Positions 58,997 to 64,000 of a stretch of 64,000 bases of DNA are shown here, piece after piece (the first letter of the stretch is position 1; the number at the start of each line of letters is the position of its first letter). The stretch is from positions 480,001 to 544,000 of the forward strand of contig CAWDVR010000004.1 of NCBI GenBank assembly GCA_963805975.1. The letters are read 5' to 3'. The notes beneath the pieces were generated by a model. The model searched no databases. It saw nothing but the letters and a program-made list of their open reading frames with translations, and had not been told where the DNA came from. The translations under genes were made by a program, and so were the position numbers. The DNA comes from an uncultured Acidobacteriota bacterium. GTDB lineage: Bacteria; Acidobacteriota; Thermoanaerobaculia; Multivoradales; SZUA-115.

Positions 58997-60013
58997 CTAT
59001 CCGTCGACCTGCAGCACGATCTTCCCGAAGTGCTTCCCCGCGGCCATGCGGTCGAGAGCGGCGCGCGCTTCGGTCCACGGCAGCGCCGAGTCGACGACCG
59101 GCCGCAGGCCCTGGGCCGAGAGCGCGCGGTTCATGGCCTCGAAGGACTCCCGGTCGCCCACCAGGATGCCCTGGAGGCGCACCCGCTGCATGAAGATCGG
59201 CACGATCGACAGCTCTGCCGCGCCGCCGGCCAGCACGCCGATCAGCGCAATGGTGCCGCCGAACCGCACGGCGGCGAGCGACTGCGCGAGCGTGCCGGCA
59301 CCGCCGACCTCGAGCACCAGGTCGGCTCCCCGGCCTTCGGTCAGCTCCTTGACCCGCACGCCCCATTTCGGGGTCGAGCGGTAGTTGATCGTCTCCCAGG
59401 CGCCCAGCGCTCGGGCCCGATCCAGCTTCTCGTCGCTTCCCGAGGTGACGATCACCCGCGCCCCGGCGAGCTGGGCGAGCTGCAACGCGAAGATCGAGAC
59501 GCCGCCGGTGCCCTGCACCACCACGGTCTCTCCGGGCTGTACGCGGCCCTCGGTCGAGAGCGCGTTCCAGGCCGTGACCGCGGCGCAGGGCAGGGTCGAA
59601 GCCTCCTCGTAGCTCAGGTGCTCCGGGATCGCCACGCAGCCCTGCTCGGAGAGCACGATCTCCTGGGCCAGCGTGCCGTCGAGCGGCCCGCCGAGCGTGG
59701 CGCGCACCTTCTCGCGGCTGGGCTCCCCGGCGATCCACGGCGGCGCGAAGATCGGCATCACCCGGTCTCCGAGCTCGAAGCGCTCCACGCCTGGCCCCAC
59801 CGCCACCACCTCGCCGGCGCCGTCCGAGCAGGGGATGAACGGCAGCGGCTGGCGCGGGTTGTAGAGGCCCTGGATCATCATCAAATCGCGGTAGTTGAGC
59901 GACACGGCGCGGATCGCCACCCGCACCTGCCCGGGCCCGGGCTCCACTTGCGGGCGCTCGGTGAGCACCAGGTGGTCGAGCCCGAAGGCTCCTTGAACCT
60001 CGAAGGCTCTCAT
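58997..60013 (-). CDS. MDR-family NAD(P)-dependent alcohol dehydrogenase / quinone reductase
   Basis: SLNYRD, PCSDGAG, LPCAAVTAW, QGTGGVS, HFGKIV. Confidence 0.92.
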   Translation of the reverse strand: MRAFEVQGAFGLDHLVLTERPQVEPGPGQVRVAIRAVSLNYRDLMMIQGLYNPRQPLPFIPCSDGAGEVVAVGPGVERFELGDRVMPIFAPPWIAGEPSREKVRATLGGPLDGTLAQEIVLSEQGCVAIPEHLSYEEASTLPCAAVTAWNALSTEGRVQPGETVVVQGTGGVSIFALQLAQLAGARVIVTSGSDEKLDRARALGAWETINYRSTPKWGVRVKELTEGRGADLVLEVGGAGTLAQSLAAVRFGGTIALIGVLAGGAAELSIVPIFMQRVRLQGILVGDRESFEAMNRALSAQGLRPVVDSALPWTEARAALDRMAAGKHFGKIVLQVDG

Positions 60014-60465
60014 TCGGGCTCGTGGACGAAGTGGGTGGGCGGGCCGCCGGTGGGGTAGAGGTCGGAAGCCAGGAGAGTGAAGCCCTCGTGGAGACTCAGC
60101 TTCCTGTCGAACGTCACGGTGTCGGAGCAACCGGCCAGCCTGCCGATCTCTCCCACGAGGTAGTCGGAGAACCCGGCTTTCCCGTCTCGGTACAAGACGA
60201 GAGCGTTTCTCACGGCATCATGGCTCTCGAGCAGGAAGACGCGGCTCTCGAGGATGCCTTCGATCAGCTCCGTGATCGACGACCGCTCGAAAGCATAGCG
60301 CCCACGTTCGAGCGTCCAGACCAGCTCGCATAGCGCGACCGAAGTGATGAACCCACCTTCACGCTGGATCTCCAGGTCGTAGAAGAAGTCCCTGACCAGC
60401 GGGAACTGTGCCGGGTCGTCAGCCGTGAAGTACCGGACGAGTAGGTTGGTATCGATCCCGCGCAA
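60010..60465 (-). CDS. vapC: VapC/PIN toxin
   Basis: TTG start; RGIDTNLLVRY...DD, ELVWTL, FSDYLV, TFDRK. Confidence 0.88.
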   Translation of the reverse strand: MRGIDTNLLVRYFTADDPAQFPLVRDFFYDLEIQREGGFITSVALCELVWTLERGRYAFERSSITELIEGILESRVFLLESHDAVRNALVLYRDGKAGFSDYLVGEIGRLAGCSDTVTFDRKLSLHEGFTLLASDLYPTGGPPTHFVHEPE

Positions 60466-60466
60466 T

Positions 60467-60733
60467 TCAGTGGCCTCGCCGGATACGGTCATCCTCGGAG
60501 GTCACGTAGTCGATGATCACCTGGTCCAACTCCTCCTGCGTCATCGGCTTCATCCCCGGCCGGTGAAGCAGGCCGGCCAGTTCCCTGACCGAGCGACCCA
60601 GACGCCGCAGCCGGACCCGGCCGTCTTTCTCCATGGTGAACTCCAGCCGGTCGCCGTCCCTGGCACCGAGGAAGTCCCGGACCTCTTTGGGGATCGTGAT
60701 CTGGCCCTTGCTACTAACAGTTGCGGTTGGCAT
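60467..60733 (-). CDS. AbrB/MazE-type antitoxin
   Basis: ATVSSKGQITIPKEVRDFL...GDRLEF. Confidence 0.9.
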   Translation of the reverse strand: MPTATVSSKGQITIPKEVRDFLGARDGDRLEFTMEKDGRVRLRRLGRSVRELAGLLHRPGMKPMTQEELDQVIIDYVTSEDDRIRRGH

Positions 60734-60765
60734 ACCCTCTCCTTACTCAGGGTAAGGAGAGGGTA
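60733..60765. promoter_or_regulatory. Perfect 14-bp inverted repeat (operator or RBS-sequestering hairpin) at the antitoxin start
   Basis: TACCCTCTCCTTAC-TCAGG-GTAAGGAGAGGGTA. Confidence 0.75.
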
Positions 60766-60770
60766 CCACG

Positions 60771-62219
60771 CTATTGCCCGTCTTTGGGAGCCCGTGCCCG
60801 GCCGAAGCCGGGTTCCATTTCGGCTGCGGCGTAGGCGAAGACGGCGTGGGCGGCCACGTTCTGTTGGAGGCCGGCCTGGTCGACCTGCGCCAGCGTGTCG
60901 TTGACCGTGTGGTGGACGTCGAAATAGAGAGTGGTGTCCTGCCAGAGGCCGAAGAGCGGGACGCGGGCAGCCGTCATGGGGGAGAGGTCGGCGCCGCCCT
61001 GGCCGTCGTTGTTGCCGCGGGCGATGCCCAGGGGCGCCAGCAGCCGCGCCACCGTCTCGACCGCCGGGAGGGCCGCTTCCTCGACCCCCGAGGTGAAGGA
61101 CCACAAGGCCCCCGAGCCGAGGTCTGCCTCGACGGCCGCCACGTGCCGGGCGAGCTCCGCTTCGTGCGCCGCGGCGTAGGCTCGGGCGCCGGAGAGCCCG
61201 AACTCCTCGTTGGCGAAGAGCACCACGCGCACCGTGCGGCGCGGGCGGACGGGCAGCTCCGCGATCAGCTTGGCGGTGGCCATGACGATCGCACAGCCGG
61301 CGCCGTCGTCGAGGGCGCCTTGGCCCAGGTCCCAGGAGTCGAGATGGGCGCCGAGGAGCACGATCTCCTCCGGCTTCTCGCGGCCACGGATCTCGCCGAT
61401 CACGTTGGCGGACTGGGCATCGGGGAGCACGCGGGTGGTGAGGCGCAGGCGGAAGCGCACGGTCTTGCCGCTCTTCGCCTGGGCGGCAACGAGGTCCGCG
61501 TCCGGGTTCGAGAGCGCTGCGGCCGGGATTCTCCGGACCCCCTCCTGCTCGCGGGTGGCGCCGGTGTGGGCGATGCGGTTGTCGGAGGTGCCGGCGGAGC
61601 GGATCAGCAGGGCCACGGCCCCCTTCTTCGAGGCCTCGGAAGGGCCGGCACCGCGCTTGGCGACCGCGCGTCCGTAGCCCGAGGCGTCGCGCGTCGGCTC
61701 CATCCTGCCGTCGATGAACACGATCTTGCCGGCGGCCCCGCCTTCCGGCAGAGCCCGGAGCGCGTCGAGCGAATCGACGTACAGAACCTCGGCTTCGATT
61801 CCCGCCGGCGGGGTGGCGACGCTGCCGCCCAGCGCCGCGAGCACCACGGGCTGCGGGTAGGGCGCGACGATCTCGCCGCTCCCTTCGCCGCGCTCCCAGT
61901 GCGGCACGGTCACCGGCTCGGAGCGCACCTGCTCGAAGCCCAGCTCGCGGAGCTTGGCGAGCGCCCACTGAACGGCCCGTGCGTCGCCGGGCGAGCCGGC
62001 CAGCCGGGGGCCGACCTCGACCGAGAGCGAGCTCACGAGCTGGTAGGCGAGATCGCTCGTCCCGGCTCGTTCGCGCAGGGCTTCGGCTGTACGCGCCAGC
62101 TCGTCGGCAGTGGGCGGGGCCACCTCGGCGGCGCCGGAGAGCGACCAGGCCGCGGCGAGCGCCGACGCCACGGCGAGGACGGCACCGGTCCGCCACGGGC
62201 GATTGCGCAACGCTCTCAT
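60771..62219 (-). CDS. M28-family peptidase (carboxypeptidase Q-like)
   Basis: VGPRLAGS, GAHLDSWD, DDGAG, NEEFG, EAD, HHT.ND. Confidence 0.92.
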   Translation of the reverse strand: MRALRNRPWRTGAVLAVASALAAAWSLSGAAEVAPPTADELARTAEALRERAGTSDLAYQLVSSLSVEVGPRLAGSPGDARAVQWALAKLRELGFEQVRSEPVTVPHWERGEGSGEIVAPYPQPVVLAALGGSVATPPAGIEAEVLYVDSLDALRALPEGGAAGKIVFIDGRMEPTRDASGYGRAVAKRGAGPSEASKKGAVALLIRSAGTSDNRIAHTGATREQEGVRRIPAAALSNPDADLVAAQAKSGKTVRFRLRLTTRVLPDAQSANVIGEIRGREKPEEIVLLGAHLDSWDLGQGALDDGAGCAIVMATAKLIAELPVRPRRTVRVVLFANEEFGLSGARAYAAAHEAELARHVAAVEADLGSGALWSFTSGVEEAALPAVETVARLLAPLGIARGNNDGQGGADLSPMTAARVPLFGLWQDTTLYFDVHHTVNDTLAQVDQAGLQQNVAAHAVFAYAAAEMEPGFGRARAPKDGQ

Positions 62220-62650
62220 GTTCCCTCCTGGACGAGCGCGGAGACGAGCTTTGCCGCCAGCTCCTGGCCGGCCTCCGCCTCCAGCCGCCCGGCCCGCCAG
62301 TCGATGTCGAGGCCGCTGCCGGCGAACTTGGGGATCAGGTGGAAGTGGACGTGCATCACCACCTGGTGCGCGGCGCTGCCGTTGTTCTGCAGCACGTTGT
62401 AGGCCGTGGCACCGGTCACCCGCTTCACGGCCCGCGCGAGGCGCGGCAGCACGCGGCCGATGGCGGCCCCGGCCTCGTCGGAGAGCTCGTCGAGCTGCGC
62501 CCGGCGCTCTTTTGGGATCACCAGCAGGTGGCCCCGCGACAGCGGGTTGATGTCCAGGAAGGCGAGCACGTGCTCGTCCTCGTAGACGCGGTGGCAGGGG
62601 ATCTCGCCGTCGAGGATGCGGTCGAAAATGGTGCGTTCGCGGTCGCTCAT
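62216..62650 (-). CDS. HIT-family hydrolase
   Basis: IFDRILDGEIP, AFLDINP...GH.LVIPK, HVHFH. Confidence 0.94.
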   Translation of the reverse strand: MSDRERTIFDRILDGEIPCHRVYEDEHVLAFLDINPLSRGHLLVIPKERRAQLDELSDEAGAAIGRVLPRLARAVKRVTGATAYNVLQNNGSAAHQVVMHVHFHLIPKFAGSGLDIDWRAGRLEAEAGQELAAKLVSALVQEGT

Positions 62651-62772
62651 AGAGATTTCTGGCGGTGGTTTTGGTGTCCGCTCGTCCGTGCGCCTATGAT
62701 AGTAGTAATTCGCGCCCGGCAGCCCCCGGACTGAATCACGCGGGCCGAATCAATGCGGGCCGGAAGCTCGGC

Positions 62773-63150
62773 ATGACCTCAATCCCCCAGGATCGCAGCG
62801 CCCTGCCGCGAGCTCGCTCGCTGGTCGCTCTCCTCCTCGCGCTGCTCTGCCTGCTGAGCACGGCCGAGCTGCACCGCGACCACTCGCTGCTCGACGATCA
62901 CTCGTCGGCCGATCTCGGGTCCGCCGGTTGCCACCCGACGCTCGCGACGCACCTCGAGCCACCTCACGAGCCCGGTTCCCGGGAGTGTCCGGCCTGTCTG
63001 CTCCGTCTCGTCACCCGGGGCGCGATGCTGCCCACCGAGATGGCGTTCGACGCCTCGCTCGCGCCTCTCGGGAGAGTGGCGGAGCAGGGTTTCGCCGCTC
63101 GCTTCGCGCCGCCTGTCGCGAGCCTCTCCCGCGGTCCTCCCTCCGCCTAG
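62773..63150 (+). CDS. DUF2946-like leader protein (TM, His-rich, CPAC, C-terminal RGPP)
   Basis: Hydrophobic segment, LHRDH..DDH..CH..HLEPPHE, ECPAC, SRGPPSA*; directly upstream of a TonB-dependent receptor. Confidence 0.72.
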   Translation: MTSIPQDRSALPRARSLVALLLALLCLLSTAELHRDHSLLDDHSSADLGSAGCHPTLATHLEPPHEPGSRECPACLLRLVTRGAMLPTEMAFDASLAPLGRVAEQGFAARFAPPVASLSRGPPSA

Positions 63151-63249
63151 ATCCTTCCCTTGCAGTCGCAGCCCTGTCCGGTTCCGCCGGTCGGGGTCTC
63201 CTTCGACGTCGCAAGCTCGCTCCGTCCACCGGGGCCGGGAGAAGTGATC

Positions 63250-64000
63250 ATGGCGAAGAGCCTTCAACACGCGCGTGTTCCGCGAGGCGTCCTGCTCGTT
63301 CTGACATCGTGGCTTGGTTTGGCCGGCGTGCTGCCGGCAGCGGCCCAGACGGCCACCGCTTCCGAGGCCCCGTCTTTCGGCGCCCTCACCGGCGAGGTCA
63401 CCACCGCCTCCGGCGAGCCGGTCGAGGGTGCCGAGGTGAGCCTGGTCGATCTCAGGCGCCGCACCCGCACCTCCGCGGACGGCAGCTTCCGCCTCGAAGG
63501 CCTGCCCGCCGGAAGCTATCTGCTCGAAGCCAGGAGCCTGGAGCACGGCGAAGGCTCGGCGCGGGTGGAGGTGCGTCCGGGAGCGGAGGCGAGCGTCCAG
63601 ATCCTCGTCGACCTCGCCCGGCTGCACGACGAGGTGGTGGTGACCGCCGGCGCCTCGGCCCGGCAGCAGCTCGAGCTCGCGCAGGCGTCGACCGTGCTCT
63701 CCGGTGACGACCTCGACCAGCGCCGCGACTCGACCCTGGGCGAGACCCTGGCGCAACAGCCGGGAATCAGCTCGACCTACTTCGGTCCTGGTGCCAGCCG
63801 GCCGGTGATCCGGGGCCTGGGAGGGGACCGCGTGCGCATGCTCTCGGACGGCCTGGGGAGCGCCGACGCCTCGAACGTGAGCCCGGACCACGCGGTGTCG
63901 GTCGACCCGGCGTCGGCCGAGCGCATCGAGGTGCTGCGCGGACCTTCGACGCTGCTCTACGGCTCGACCGCCATCGGCGGCGTGGTCAACGTGCTCGACA
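63250..64000 (+). CDS. TonB-dependent receptor, ZnuD-like plug with N-terminal carboxypeptidase-regulatory-like domain (truncated by the window end)
   Basis: Manual translation: signal peptide, GEPVEGAEV..SADGSFRL, DEVVVTA, TLGETLAQQPGISSTYFGPGASRPVIRG, IEVLRGPSTLLYGS.AIGGVVN. Confidence 0.9.
   Translation, partial: MAKSLQHARVPRGVLLVLTSWLGLAGVLPAAAQTATASEAPSFGALTGEVTTASGEPVEGAEVSLVDLRRRTRTSADGSFRLEGLPAGSYLLEARSLEHGEGSARVEVRPGAEASVQILVDLARLHDEVVVTAGASARQQLELAQASTVLSGDDLDQRRDSTLGETLAQQPGISSTYFGPGASRPVIRGLGGDRVRMLSDGLGSADASNVSPDHAVSVDPASAERIEVLRGPSTLLYGSTAIGGVVNVLD

Overview
High-GC bacterial window. Gene content and order suggest Acidobacteriota, possibly Thermoanaerobaculia-like (inference only). 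Most of it is housekeeping: thrS-rpmI-rplT-pheS-pheT-zapB-zapA-6S RNA-rny-ymdB (no infC), envelope glycosylation genes, dxs-tlyA-nadK-tamB-Omp85-ribBA, CIRCE-controlled groESL, a TroABCD-type Mn/Zn ABC transporter with a fused DtxR domain, tricorn and other peptidases, four toxin-antitoxin pairs, and a DUF2946-type (CxxC...RGPP) leader ORF in front of a TonB-dependent receptor. The main accessory locus is at ~28.9-41.7 kb: a lasso-peptide-type RiPP cluster with RRE/B1, B2 peptidase, a precursor (YxxPxL leader, predicted core ALGVLGRDGLAGSRPRT) and an AsnB-like cyclase. It also encodes a eukaryote-like protein-arginine methyltransferase with an N-terminal RRE-like domain and an HPr-kinase-like enzyme, and no exporter. 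It is headed by a 1701-aa secreted SdrD-B repeat protein, preceded by SARP-type heptamer repeats, and closed by a convergent SARP/BTAD-AAA regulator. All calls come from reading motifs by eye; no database searches were run.
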